Shown piece by piece: positions 19,990-29,263 of a DNA stretch of 64,000 bases (position 1 is the first letter of the stretch; every line of letters begins with the position of its first letter). The notes below the pieces were generated by a model, which was not told where the DNA came from, did no database searches, and saw only the letters and a list, made by a program, of their open reading frames with translations. This stretch comes from Escherichia phage vB_EcoM_CUA3, in sequence record PP410321; one strand, given 5' to 3'. A program made the position numbers and the translations under genes.

Positions 19990-20373
19990 TTATTCTAACG
20001 TTAACAAATACTTAGTTTGGTAAAAGACACCAGTGATGTCGTCCAAAGTCGATTGGATGGCCTTAGGAAGATTTTTGTAGATTTTATCAGACGCTTTAAT
20101 AAGTTCATCAAGAAAATCTATGGGGTCTTTAGGCAGTTCTGAAGCGGATGGGAGTGATGCTTTATATTCTTTGCCACTAAATCCTAGATACTGCTCACTG
20201 AACTGGTCTAGTGGTCCTTGAACTTCTGTATAATAGAAGTCATATGCTTTGTGTCTTGCATAGCTTTTGGTTTCCAAATGGGCTGACTTAAAATAGGCTA
20301 AAGAAACCAACAGCCAACCAATATAAGAATCCACTTCAGTCCCTCGACTAAGTACGAAATCATTGAATTTCAT
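19990..20373 (-). CDS. hypothetical protein (rI.-1 position)
   Basis: 127-aa ORF. Confidence 0.4.
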   Translation of the reverse strand: MKFNDFVLSRGTEVDSYIGWLLVSLAYFKSAHLETKSYARHKAYDFYYTEVQGPLDQFSEQYLGFSGKEYKASLPSASELPKDPIDFLDELIKASDKIYKNLPKAIQSTLDDITGVFYQTKYLLTLE

Positions 20374-20653
20374 TATCTACCTTCATTAGTTTCGCGTATC
20401 GTTCTCCGATAGCCCGACCTTCAATCGAGCAAGACTCTATTGTATTGCAATTTGAAATTTTCCAAGAAGCAGTTACATAAGCCCAGTAGTCTTCGGAGGC
20501 CTTTACACTAGGTTTACTCATTTGCGCATAAACTGGCATCGCACTACTAGCAAAGGCATCCATCAATTTAGGATCGGTTTTGTTTGCTAGTGAAGATGTC
20601 GGGCTTAAACATCCAATCATAAGGATACAAGCCACTGTACGGAAAATACCCAT
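20360..20653 (-). CDS. rI: lysis-inhibition regulator RI-like (signal-anchor protein)
   Basis: 97 aa, N-terminal hydrophobic anchor, Cys-containing C-terminal domain; two genes upstream of tk as in T4; similarity to T4 RI is from memory only. Confidence 0.5.
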   Translation of the reverse strand: MGIFRTVACILMIGCLSPTSSLANKTDPKLMDAFASSAMPVYAQMSKPSVKASEDYWAYVTASWKISNCNTIESCSIEGRAIGERYAKLMKVDNEIQ

Positions 20654-20746
20654 ACAAAAGTCCTTTGTTATTTTATACGAATTTGCCTTTCGGCCTTAAC
20701 CGATAGCGATTACCAAAAGCTAAAGCTCTACGGTTAGTATTACTAT

Positions 20747-21025
20747 TTATAGCTTTTTAAGCTTACGACAATACGAATAGAACACGTCGTTAAAATTATA
20801 TTCAACCCAATTCCTCTGTATAGGCGAGGTAATGGAAAGCATATAATGGGCTTTAATTAAATCCATTCCATTTTTATTAGGACATTCTTTATTATTAGCA
20901 TTATACGTCGCTGCTACAACTTCTATCTCTCTTTTGTAAGCCGCATCATCCATGATGGGCGAAAGAACAATATAAGAGATGGCCACAGCGAACGCTAGAA
21001 TTAAAATCTTTGAATTTAGGTCCAT
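20747..21025 (-). CDS. hypothetical secreted/membrane protein (rI.1 position)
   Basis: 92 aa with N-terminal hydrophobic segment. Confidence 0.4.
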   Translation of the reverse strand: MDLNSKILILAFAVAISYIVLSPIMDDAAYKREIEVVAATYNANNKECPNKNGMDLIKAHYMLSITSPIQRNWVEYNFNDVFYSYCRKLKKL

Positions 21026-21032
21026 AGTACCC

Positions 21033-21605
21033 TCAACTCGTTATTTCTATCCAGTGCTTCCTGCACAATGACACGTAAGAATCGTTGCCACCTATAGAAA
21101 CTTGGGCTCCGTCCTTAATTGCGACACCATCTTGGACCCTAGCAGTCATAGTAGCTTTACGGCCGCAATGGCACACACCTTTGTACTCAACGAGTTTATC
21201 TGCCGTAGCGAGTAATTCAGCAGAACCAGGAAACAGTTTACCCTGAAAATCAGTTCTTAGCCCATAGCACATAACTGGAACATTATAATTGTCTACTATC
21301 TTTGCCAGTTGTTTTATCTGTGCAGGTTCTAAGAACTGTGCTTCATCCACAAATACACAGTGGATATCTTTTTGGGATTCAGCCCAACGATAGAACTCGT
21401 ATAGGTCCATATCCGGAGTCACTGCATTAGCCTCTTGACTAATCCCTATACGAGACGAAATGGTATGGCTTGATTCTCTATTGTCTATCGCAGGCTTTAA
21501 AAGGAGCACGCCCATACCACGTTCTTTGTAGTTATGGGCCGCTGTTAGCAATGAAGCGGTCTTACCTGAGTTCATTGCCGCATAATGAAAATAAAGTTGA
21601 GCCAT
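21033..21605 (-). CDS. tk: thymidine kinase
   Basis: P-loop AAMNSGKTASLL, VFVDEAQF and CxCGxKA motifs; 190 aa, highly similar to T4 Tk. Confidence 0.92.
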   Translation of the reverse strand: MAQLYFHYAAMNSGKTASLLTAAHNYKERGMGVLLLKPAIDNRESSHTISSRIGISQEANAVTPDMDLYEFYRWAESQKDIHCVFVDEAQFLEPAQIKQLAKIVDNYNVPVMCYGLRTDFQGKLFPGSAELLATADKLVEYKGVCHCGRKATMTARVQDGVAIKDGAQVSIGGNDSYVSLCRKHWIEITS

Positions 21606-21614
21606 ATTACCTTC

Positions 21615-21800
21615 TTAAAGACTATTTACATAAGCAATTAATTCGTTTTCTTTCTCATCAAATCGATTAGCAAATTCTTCCAGATGGTCGGCATCTATCG
21701 GGCCATATTCATCGTAAAAAGCGTTTGCTTCGGCATGTTCATCCAAAAGCTCGTGGATAAGCTCAAACAATTTGTCTTTCTGTTCTTTACTCAAACTCAT
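21615..21800 (-). CDS. hypothetical protein (tk.1 position)
   Basis: 61-aa acidic ORF. Confidence 0.35.
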   Translation of the reverse strand: MSLSKEQKDKLFELIHELLDEHAEANAFYDEYGPIDADHLEEFANRFDEKENELIAYVNSL

Positions 21801-22003
21801 TTAGGTTCACCATATCGCACAAATTTAGGATGTTCGCACCCACCAGAATAAAGGCCTTCGCCTTTATGGTTAATGCACCCTTTATTGGAACAGTACCACC
21901 AGTAATCATATTCGCAATTCATTTCATCATTGCATAAAGCTGCGATTACCGGCCATTCACATTTTTCACATTTAGCCGTTTTAAGAATTCTAGCTTGGCT
22001 CAT
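21797..22003 (-). CDS. Cys-rich small protein or C-terminal zinc-ribbon domain of the upstream macro-domain protein
   Basis: CEKCEW...CNDEMNCEYDYWWYCSNKGC...GGCEHP; relation to upstream ORF hidden by N run 22009-22256. Confidence 0.3.
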   Translation of the reverse strand: MSQARILKTAKCEKCEWPVIAALCNDEMNCEYDYWWYCSNKGCINHKGEGLYSGGCEHPKFVRYGEPK

Positions 22004-22256
22004 AACCANNNNNNNNNNNNNNNNNNNNNNNNNNNNNNNNNNNNNNNNNNNNNNNNNNNNNNNNNNNNNNNNNNNNNNNNNNNNNNNNNNNNNNNNNNNN
22101 NNNNNNNNNNNNNNNNNNNNNNNNNNNNNNNNNNNNNNNNNNNNNNNNNNNNNNNNNNNNNNNNNNNNNNNNNNNNNNNNNNNNNNNNNNNNNNNNNNNN
22201 NNNNNNNNNNNNNNNNNNNNNNNNNNNNNNNNNNNNNNNNNNNNNNNNNNNNNNNN

Positions 22257-22651
22257 AATTTAGAAACCTTGTCCCAATCACCGCCAGCAATACCACAACC
22301 TATGCGCGGAATATAAATTCTTGGTTTAAACAAAAGGGTTTCTGCTTGTAGATTTAATTCTATCATACAGTTTACTAAAGCACCGTAATCAAGATTAGGG
22401 CCTGGTTCGTATTGGGTGTATAAATTATAGCANNNNNNNNNNNNNNNNNNNNNNNNNNNNNNNNNNNNNNNNNNNNNNNNNNNNNNNNNNNNNNNNNNNN
22501 NNNNNNNNNNNNNNNNNNNNNNNNNNNNNNNNNNNGCTAATTGACCCGCTACACCTGAACCCATAGTGTGAAAACAATTACACCCATGTGCAATAATATT
22601 ACCTTGGAGAAACAGGGCGACGATATCGCCCTTAATATAATTAATAATCAT
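22257..22651 (-). CDS. macro-domain (ADP-ribose binding/hydrolase-like) protein, C-terminal part masked
   Basis: N-terminal GDIV...GNIIAHGCNC...GSGVAGQL and downstream IYIPRIGCGIAGGD match the two macro-domain signature blocks; ATG 22649-22651. Confidence 0.55.
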
Positions 22652-23004
22652 TTAGAGTTTAGCCCTCGATTGTAAGAGTCAACGAGTCTGTCTACCATAG
22701 ACGCGCACATTTCTTTGTACTTTTTATCAGACGGAACACATTCAGTAACGTTTAGACGTTGCTCGTATCTTTTAGAAAGAGTTTTCTCTTTCATTCGGCG
22801 ATGCTCGACGTCGTTCTGCCCATCTTTAAAAGCAGCTGTTATTTTTGAACTGAATTCAATAACACATTCAGTATTACTCGGATGACAATAATCTTTTGCT
22901 GTACGGGTGGCATACTCGACAATTGAATTATTTGTATCATCAACCTGTGACGCTAATACTCCCGGAGCAATCAACATAAGCGCTATAGTCATCTGTTTAA
23001 TCAT
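22648..23004 (-). CDS. hypothetical secreted protein (vs position)
   Basis: 118 aa with signal-peptide-like N-terminus; positionally equivalent to T4 vs, homology not established. Confidence 0.35.
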   Translation of the reverse strand: MIKQMTIALMLIAPGVLASQVDDTNNSIVEYATRTAKDYCHPSNTECVIEFSSKITAAFKDGQNDVEHRRMKEKTLSKRYEQRLNVTECVPSDKKYKEMCASMVDRLVDSYNRGLNSK

Positions 23005-23544
23005 TTAATATACCGCCTCAAACATCTTTTTAGATTTTAGGTAATTGGCCTTTTCTAGAACTTCAGAAGCATATTTACTACCTGCTTTGACATTCCAGCC
23101 CGCATTATAAGAAGCAATCGCTTTTCTCAGGTCACCTTTGTGAACATCAATCCAATAAGACAGTTCAATGTAGGCCCAAGAGGCACTGTTCTGTCGTTTT
23201 TGGACCATACGAATTATTTCTTTGTCTGACATCTTCCAACCTACCTGTTGAACACGACTTCTTAACGTAGGCAAGTAATTTTGGAACATGCCATAAGCAT
23301 GGTGCTTATCTTTATTTAAACCCTGATTAATTCCGGCAGATGATTCCTGCCATAACAATCCGGCCATTATATATCCTAATCCTTTTTGATTAGGGTTTTC
23401 TTTGAACTTTCCCGACTTTTGGTATTGTTCACCGAAAGCATACGCATAATGTAAATTATCGAGTTGTTCATTACTGAAAGTAGGCTCTACGCTATGGGCA
23501 GACATACTAACTGTCAATAGTAAAGTGGCTAATACTTTTTTCAT
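23005..23544 (-). CDS. vs.1: lytic transglycosylase-like protein (SLT domain), signal peptide
   Basis: N-terminal signal peptide; ...LLWQESS...YNAGW... consistent with SLT family; position as T4 vs.1. Confidence 0.6.
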   Translation of the reverse strand: MKKVLATLLLTVSMSAHSVEPTFSNEQLDNLHYAYAFGEQYQKSGKFKENPNQKGLGYIMAGLLWQESSAGINQGLNKDKHHAYGMFQNYLPTLRSRVQQVGWKMSDKEIIRMVQKRQNSASWAYIELSYWIDVHKGDLRKAIASYNAGWNVKAGSKYASEVLEKANYLKSKKMFEAVY

Positions 23545-23556
23545 GAGACCTCATTA

Positions 23557-24015
23557 TTAAAGATAGATTACTTTCGTGCTGGTTTTACCTTCTAAACGTT
23601 TAGAGTTAACAAATGCCATACGGCATTTTAATGAATATCCTTTATCAGGATGTTTACGGTCTACGGTCATACCCAACCATAAGGTTTTATCGGTAATCTC
23701 GAGACGCAGTGGTCGATACACTTTACCTGGGACAATTTCAGATTCTACATCAGGAAGAGGCTCCTGGATTAAAAATTCATGGATTTCTTTAACATGATTG
23801 TGGAGCTTCTTGAACAAAGAGAAAACATATTTTTCGTCAATTTCACGTTGGATAGCACGGTCCAACAGGTGATTAGAGTACTTAATAAAGAAAGCTGGGA
23901 CACCGCTCTTGACGGCGGCTTTTTTGATGGACGCGTTAAGTTCACGAAATTCGGTTTCGAACTGTCGACGTAATTTGTTGCGGCGGATGAATACTTCTGA
24001 ATTAATTTCTGACAT
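23557..24015 (-). CDS. regB: endoribonuclease RegB
   Basis: 152 aa, high similarity to T4 RegB as I recall it (EVFIRRNKLRRxFExEFR...HLLDRAIQREIDE...LEITD). Confidence 0.85.
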   Translation of the reverse strand: MSEINSEVFIRRNKLRRQFETEFRELNASIKKAAVKSGVPAFFIKYSNHLLDRAIQREIDEKYVFSLFKKLHNHVKEIHEFLIQEPLPDVESEIVPGKVYRPLRLEITDKTLWLGMTVDRKHPDKGYSLKCRMAFVNSKRLEGKTSTKVIYL

Positions 24016-24043
24016 TTTGTAATCTCCTGTAGTTGATAGGTCT

Positions 24044-24072
24044 ATAGTACCACGCCTACAGGAGATGTAAAC
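24044..24072 (-). promoter_or_regulatory. T4-type early promoter for regB
   Basis: GTTTAC (24067-24072), 17 nt, TACTAT (24044-24049); 9-bp inverted repeat pairs the SD with the spacer. Confidence 0.6.
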
Positions 24073-24077
24073 TGCTT

Positions 24078-24356
24078 TTAGTATTTCTCTTCAGGTTGGA
24101 AAACACCACGACAAGCCCACATAGAAGCTTCTTTCAANNNNNNNNNNNNNNNNNNNNNNNNNNNNNNNNNNNNNNNNNNNNNNNNNNNNNNNNNNNNNNN
24201 NNNNNNNNNNNNNNNNNNNNNNNNNNNNNNNNNNNNNNNNNCNTCTTCAAGCGCTTTAAAGATTAATCCCAATCGAACTTCAGCATCTTTGATGGCATTC
24301 ACTTTACCGATTTTATCGTCGGTATGTGGCTTGTAACCTTTGATATCTTCAATCAT
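24078..24356 (-). CDS. hypothetical protein
   Basis: 92-aa ORF, middle masked. Confidence 0.3.
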   Translation of the reverse strand: MIEDIKGYKPHTDDKIGKVNAIKDAEVRLGLIFKALEXXXXXXXXXXXXXXXXXXXXXXXXXXXXXXXXXXXXLKEASMWACRGVFQPEEKY

Positions 24357-24571
24357 TTCACTTCCTCGCCAGTTGCGATATCATATTCTACCAAACGAAG
24401 GCCTTCANNTCCANCNCTNACCGAGATATACGTAGTCGGGTAAACCATTTCTTTACCATTCCACTGACCACCATCCCAGACTTCCAGAAAGTCTTGTTCN
24501 NNNNNNNNNNNNNNNNNNNNNNNNNNNNNNNNNNNNNCTGCATCAGAGCCTTCAATTGTCAATTTAGACAT
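24353..24571 (-). CDS. hypothetical protein
   Basis: 72-aa ORF. Confidence 0.3.
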   Translation of the reverse strand: MSKLTIEGSDAXXXXXXXXXXXXXEQDFLEVWDGGQWNGKEMVYPTTYISXXXGXEGLRLVEYDIATGEEVK

Positions 24572-24860
24572 ATTTTTTCCAGTCAGAAATCATACGAATC
24601 TCTTGGTCATAAGTCAAGAGACTACGAGTAATAATACCCTTACAAGGCCCTGAGATGAACTCGAGAGTGAAGTAAGGAACCAATTTCATTAATCGGATGC
24701 TTGGGGCATGGCATCTAAAACGAGAGCCCTTAAAGGGCCCTGTCATGAATACATATTCCAATGGATAGAAATAAGCATATTCGAAATTTGTAGTAAGGTC
24801 CTCTCTTCGAACCTTACGTGAGAAATAACAGAACTCAAAAAGCTCTTCATCAGTCATCAT
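24564..24860 (-). CDS. hypothetical protein
   Basis: 98-aa ORF. Confidence 0.35.
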   Translation of the reverse strand: MMTDEELFEFCYFSRKVRREDLTTNFEYAYFYPLEYVFMTGPFKGSRFRCHAPSIRLMKLVPYFTLEFISGPCKGIITRSLLTYDQEIRMISDWKKYV

Positions 24861-25384
24861 TGCATTCCTATCACAAAGAACAGCGGCAGAGGTTTAGAAC
24901 CCTGGCACATAAATTTATTAATCATTACCTGGTAAGCTTCATAAAACTTATCCATCGCCGGAAGGCGCATTGGCTCTTCGATAATAATCAATAATCGAGT
25001 AACAGATAGTCCACGATACTTATGGAAATTGTCTTCATCNAANANTGNNCGTACAGTATCATACACAACAAACCCAGGACCTTCTACTTGAAGGTGTGGT
25101 TGGGCCTTAGAAACCCTTTTTATTATATTACAGATTTCTCGTGAGCGATGTGAAGAACTTGACATAACAATTACATCATTACCCTTGGAAACCCAATCAG
25201 CTGCGAACTGGGCAAGGGCGCTTGTTTTACCTGTTTGCCTTCCCCCGTCAAGTCGAAGAGTACCAAACTCTTGCATTCTTGAAGCGGGTTCGTACCAGGT
25301 GTATTGGTCTGAATCTAAGCGTTCAATGGCGCGTTCAGCGAAGGCGTGCATTAAGGTTAGATAAATGGGAGTTAAAAATTTCAT
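24857..25384 (-). CDS. small P-loop NTPase-like protein
   Basis: Walker A-like GGRQTGKTS and hydrophobic-acidic LLIIIEE; 175 aa. Confidence 0.4.
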   Translation of the reverse strand: MKFLTPIYLTLMHAFAERAIERLDSDQYTWYEPASRMQEFGTLRLDGGRQTGKTSALAQFAADWVSKGNDVIVMSSSSHRSREICNIIKRVSKAQPHLQVEGPGFVVYDTVXXXXDEDNFHKYRGLSVTRLLIIIEEPMRLPAMDKFYEAYQVMINKFMCQGSKPLPLFFVIGMQ

Positions 25385-25475
25385 AATTGTCTCTTAGTTG
25401 AGGGGCCGTTCCTTGGCACATAATTCATCCCTTTCTCNGNATTTNNACCCATTACCGCACTTGGGCTCGACCTTA

Positions 25476-25844
25476 TTACAGGTTGGNNNNNNNNNNNNNN
25501 NNNNNNNNNNNNNNNNNNNNNNNNNNNNNNNNNNNNNNNNNNNNNNNNNNNNNNNNNNNNNNNNNNNNNNNNNNNNNNNNNNNNNNNNNNNNNNNNNNNN
25601 NNNNNNNNNNNNNNNNNNNNNNNNNNNNNNNNNNNNNNNNNNNNNNNNNNNNNNNNNNNNNNNNNNNNNNNNNNNNNNNNNNNNNNNNNNNNNNNNNNNN
25701 NNNNNNNNNNNNNNNNNNNNNNNNNNNNNNNNNNNNNNNNNNNNNNNNNNNNNNNNNNNNNNNNNNNNNNNNNNNNNNNNNNNNNNNNNNNNNNNNNNNN
25801 NNNNNNNNNNNNGATTCTGTAATAAATTGTTGATAAGTTTTCAT
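25476..25844 (-). CDS. internal (capsid-injected) protein with capsid-targeting leader, body masked
   Basis: N-terminus MKTYQQFITE matches the T4 internal-protein capsid targeting sequence (MKTYQEFIAE). Confidence 0.55.
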   Translation of the reverse strand: MKTYQQFITEXXXXXXXXXXXXXXXXXXXXXXXXXXXXXXXXXXXXXXXXXXXXXXXXXXXXXXXXXXXXXXXXXXXXXXXXXXXXXXXXXXXXXXXXXXXXXXXXXXXXXXXXXXXXXXNL

Positions 25845-25868
25845 ATTATTCCTTAAGTTGATAGAAGT

Positions 25869-25898
25869 ATTCTATCACGGATTTAATTAAGCGTAAAT
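25869..25898 (-). promoter_or_regulatory. early-promoter-like element
   Basis: ATTTAC (25893-25898), 18 nt, TAGAAT (25869-25874), overlapping the end of denV. Confidence 0.4.
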
Positions 25899-26303
25899 AG
25901 CCTTACCATAATGTTTGTACCAGGTAGGGCGTTGTGCAATTTTTTCATCCAAACGGGCTTGTGAAATAGCGATAGAAGCTTCGTGAGGAACATAATCACC
26001 ACGGAATTCCTGAGGAATGTCGCTAATATCCTGGACCGTAGTATCCTTGATATTAAAACCACGTTTTAAACATTCGGCTATAAGCTCAATTTGGCGTTTA
26101 CGTAAGAACTCTAGCTTATCGTAAAAGAACGTAACATGACCTGTGCCAAGGATAAAAGTAGGACTGATTTTGAAATCACGAACACGTTTACCATTAGCCA
26201 CATGCTTACGAACTGCACCGAAAACACGGGGTAATTCACGATATTCGGCCATAAGATGTTGGTCAGCCAATTCAGATACTAAGGTAAGGTTGATACGAGT
26301 CAT
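25887..26303 (-). CDS. denV: endonuclease V, pyrimidine-dimer DNA glycosylase (DenV)
   Basis: 138 aa, high similarity to T4 endonuclease V ([27 protein letters not shown]...). Confidence 0.9.
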   Translation of the reverse strand: MTRINLTLVSELADQHLMAEYRELPRVFGAVRKHVANGKRVRDFKISPTFILGTGHVTFFYDKLEFLRKRQIELIAECLKRGFNIKDTTVQDISDIPQEFRGDYVPHEASIAISQARLDEKIAQRPTWYKHYGKAIYA

Positions 26304-26305
26304 TT

Positions 26306-26758
26306 TTAATCTCCTGTAGTTGATAGGTTTATAGTATCATGCCTACAGGAGATGTAAACNNNNNNNNNNNNNNNNNNNNNNNNNNNNNNNNNNNNNNNNN
26401 NNNNNNNNNNNNNNNNNNNNNNNNNNNNNNNNNNNNNNNNNNNNNNNNNNNNNNNNNNNNNNNNNNNNNNNNNNNNNNNNNNNNNNNNNNNNNNNNNNNN
26501 NNNNNNNNNNNNNNNNNNNNNNNNNNNNNNNNNNNNNNNNNNNNNNNNNNNNNNNNNNNNNNNNNNNNNNNNNNNNNNNNNNNNNNNNNNNNNNNNNNNN
26601 NNNNNNNNNNNNNNNNNNNNNNNNNNNNNNNNNNNNNNNNNNNNNNNNNNNNNNNNNNNNNNNNNNNNNNNNNNNNNNNNNNNNNNNNNNNNNNNNNNNN
26701 NNNNNNNNNNNNNNNNNNNNNNNNNNNNNNNNNNNNNAAATTCATTGTAAGTTTTCAT
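26306..26758 (-). CDS. internal protein with capsid-targeting leader (ipII/ipIII-type), body masked
   Basis: N-terminus MKTYNEF; located between denV and e as the T4 ipII/ipIII genes. Confidence 0.55.
   Translation of the reverse strand: MKTYNEFXXXXXXXXXXXXXXXXXXXXXXXXXXXXXXXXXXXXXXXXXXXXXXXXXXXXXXXXXXXXXXXXXXXXXXXXXXXXXXXXXXXXXXXXXXXXXXXXXXXXXXXXXXXXXXXXXXXXXXXXXXXXXXVYISCRHDTINLSTTGD
26331..26359 (-). promoter_or_regulatory. T4-type early promoter for denV
   Basis: GTTTAC (26354-26359), 17 nt, TACTAT (26331-26336); perfect 9-bp inverted repeat ctcctgtag/ctacaggag. Confidence 0.6.
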
Positions 26759-27480
26759 NNNNNNNNNNNNNNNNNNNNNNNNNNNNNNNNNNNNNNNNNN
26801 NNNNNNNNNNNNNNNNNNNNNNNNNNNNNNNNNNNNNNNNNNNNNNNNNNNNNNNNNNNNNNNNNNNNNNNNNNNNNNNNNNNNNNNNNNNNNNNNNNNN
26901 NNNNNNNNNNNNNNNNNNNNNNNNNNNNNNNNNNNNNNNNNNNNNNNNNNNNNNNNNNNNNNNNNNNNNNNNNNNNNNNNNNNNNNNNNNNNNNNNNNNN
27001 NNNNNNNNNNNNNNNNNNNNNNNNNNNNNNNNNNNNNNNNNNNNNNNNNNNNNNNNNNNNNNNNNNNNNNNNNNNNNNNNNNNNNNNNNNNNNNNNNNNN
27101 NNNNNNNNNNNNNNNNNNNNNNNNNNNNNNNNNNNNNNNNNNNNNNNNNNNNNNNNNNNNNNNNNNNNNNNNNNNNNNNNNNNNNNNNNNNNNNNNNNNN
27201 NNNNNNNNNNNNNNNNNNNNNNNNNNNNNNNNNNNNNNNNNNNNNNNNNNNNNNNNNNNNNNNNNNNNNNNNNNNNNNNNNNNNNNNNNNNNNNNNNNNN
27301 NNNNNNNNNNNNNNNNNNNNNNNNNNNNNNNNNNNNNNNNNNNNNNNNNNNNNNNNNNNNNNNNNNNNNNNNNNNNNNNNNNNNNNNNNNNNNNNNNNNN
27401 NNNNNNNNNNNNNNNNNNNNNNNNNNNNNNNNNNNNNNNNNNNNNNNNNNNNNNNNNNNNNNAGGAGATGTAAACNNNTT

Positions 27481-27969
27481 TTATCTATAAGCGGCCCAAG
27501 TGCCGGTTTTAAAGGTAGAGATAACTCGCTTAGCTCGGTTAGGGGTTTGCTTGTACCAACGAGACTGGGCCAGGTTAACTGCTGCATCGTCCCAACGTTT
27601 TTGCTGAAGCATACGCAGAGAGTTAGTGAACCCTGCTACACCCGCTTCACCCATTTGGAAGACCATATTAATCAATGCACAACGACGAACTTCGTCCAGC
27701 ACATCATAAACAGGTTTCAATTTAGGATTACGCAATATAGCTCTACGAGCATTTTCCACTGAACGATTAAAGAGTTGTTCAGCCTCAGCCATAGTAATAC
27801 GACCATTGCAAACTCGACCCATAAGTTTGTCAAGTTCAGCACGAGCAACATCTTTAGATGGGTTCTTGGTAACTAACTGACCGATACCAATAGTCCAATA
27901 ACCTTCAGTATCTTTATAAAGATTTAAATCAAGACCTTCGTCTTGACGTAACATATCAAAAATATCCAT
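27481..27969 (-). CDS. e: lysozyme (endolysin, T4 e homolog)
   Basis: 162 aa, catalytic E11/D20/T26 context conserved ([25 protein letters not shown]), high identity to T4 lysozyme. Confidence 0.95.
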   Translation of the reverse strand: MDIFDMLRQDEGLDLNLYKDTEGYWTIGIGQLVTKNPSKDVARAELDKLMGRVCNGRITMAEAEQLFNRSVENARRAILRNPKLKPVYDVLDEVRRCALINMVFQMGEAGVAGFTNSLRMLQQKRWDDAAVNLAQSRWYKQTPNRAKRVISTFKTGTWAAYR

Positions 27970-28000
27970 AATTACCTCCTGAGTATAGGAGGTATTTATA

Positions 28001-28450
28001 TTAGAATAACGAACTTAAAACCTTATACATCGATGGACCCATGACATATTCCCATTGCGAACGTTTAATCAAGGCAAAAGCATCGAATTCAGGAATAGTA
28101 CGACCATCAGGGAACGTATGGTAAGCTGTACATTTGCAATCCTTGAACTGCTCGTGTTCCACAGGCACAGTGTATAAGAACAGATGTAGATTCTTATTGC
28201 TTGAGTATTTGAACTCACCTAGGTCTTTCAGGAACGCAGGATCGTATGCAGTGAATCCAATCTCTTCTTCAGTTTCACGCATAGCGGCTTGAATAGGCTC
28301 TTCACCCGGTTCGACATGACCTTTAGGGATGTCCCATTTATGACGCATATTCTCTGGATTACGAGAGCCTGTTACACGACCCATAACCAATTCTTTATCG
28401 GCAGTCATGAACAAAATACCAGCAGATAATTCTTTAACTTTCTTACTCAT
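28001..28450 (-). CDS. nudE: Nudix hydrolase NudE
   Basis: Nudix box [22 protein letters not shown]; start at ATG 28448-28450 (MSKKVKEL). Confidence 0.85.
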   Translation of the reverse strand: MSKKVKELSAGILFMTADKELVMGRVTGSRNPENMRHKWDIPKGHVEPGEEPIQAAMRETEEEIGFTAYDPAFLKDLGEFKYSSNKNLHLFLYTVPVEHEQFKDCKCTAYHTFPDGRTIPEFDAFALIKRSQWEYVMGPSMYKVLSSLF

Positions 28451-28679
28451 CGTCTCGTTTCCATGATTGGTTAAAAATATCTTGCATAATAATTTGAAGT
28501 CTATTTTCTGATGATGGACTTTCACTATCAGACACTTGAAGCATATAGTCACCAATAGGACAGAACATATCCATATCGCTTTCTAAGTCTTCTTTAATTT
28601 TCTCTTCTGATGTTCCGGTATCATAGGAATACAGATAAGAATCACACGACTCAGATTTAATATAAATTGCAATACTCAT
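28443..28679 (-). CDS. hypothetical acidic protein
   Basis: 78-aa ORF; ATGA overlap with upstream gene. Confidence 0.4.
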   Translation of the reverse strand: MSIAIYIKSESCDSYLYSYDTGTSEEKIKEDLESDMDMFCPIGDYMLQVSDSESPSSENRLQIIMQDIFNQSWKRDDE

Positions 28680-29263
28680 TTACGGCATTCCTCAATAAAA
28701 GAGTTTAATGTATTTTTCTTGGTTATATCGTCATACACCTTTTTAACTTTAGAAATACGAAAAGGTACTTCGATAACAGAGGTCCATAAAAATGATGCAA
28801 TAAGACCTAAGATAGCCGCAGACATCGCTGAAGCGAATACAGTAACAGGCAGCTCATTATCTGTTGTCAGGAAAAACCCTAGGAGCGGGAAAAATAATAT
28901 ACCCATCCAAACATAGAACCTAGAACTCACCAATTTGTCGTATTCATCACTCCATGCACGAAAGCCATATTTTTTGCTATAACAAATCAATGGGTCCGGG
29001 GTCTGTTCTTTATTAGGTTCTGCTTGCCAACCATTTACGATATAACCCATTTTATATTCCTCAATTAAAAGCTGTTTCATTTCAGCGGTACAACCCGACC
29101 AATCTATTGTACTGGCTGAAATTCCTTCATCACCATCATCAATATTTCGCCAGGACTTTTTAATAACCATATTCTCACCACTTGGGATAATAATTCCAGC
29201 ATTTTCTGACCGACGGATGAAGTTTACATCAACACCCATACAACCCGGTTCGTAAAGGGCCAT
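28676..29263 (-). CDS. hypothetical membrane protein with C-terminal FIEECRK motif
   Basis: 195 aa, two predicted TM helices near C-terminus, then ...NSFIEECRK. Confidence 0.45.
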   Translation of the reverse strand: MALYEPGCMGVDVNFIRRSENAGIIIPSGENMVIKKSWRNIDDGDEGISASTIDWSGCTAEMKQLLIEEYKMGYIVNGWQAEPNKEQTPDPLICYSKKYGFRAWSDEYDKLVSSRFYVWMGILFFPLLGFFLTTDNELPVTVFASAMSAAILGLIASFLWTSVIEVPFRISKVKKVYDDITKKNTLNSFIEECRK

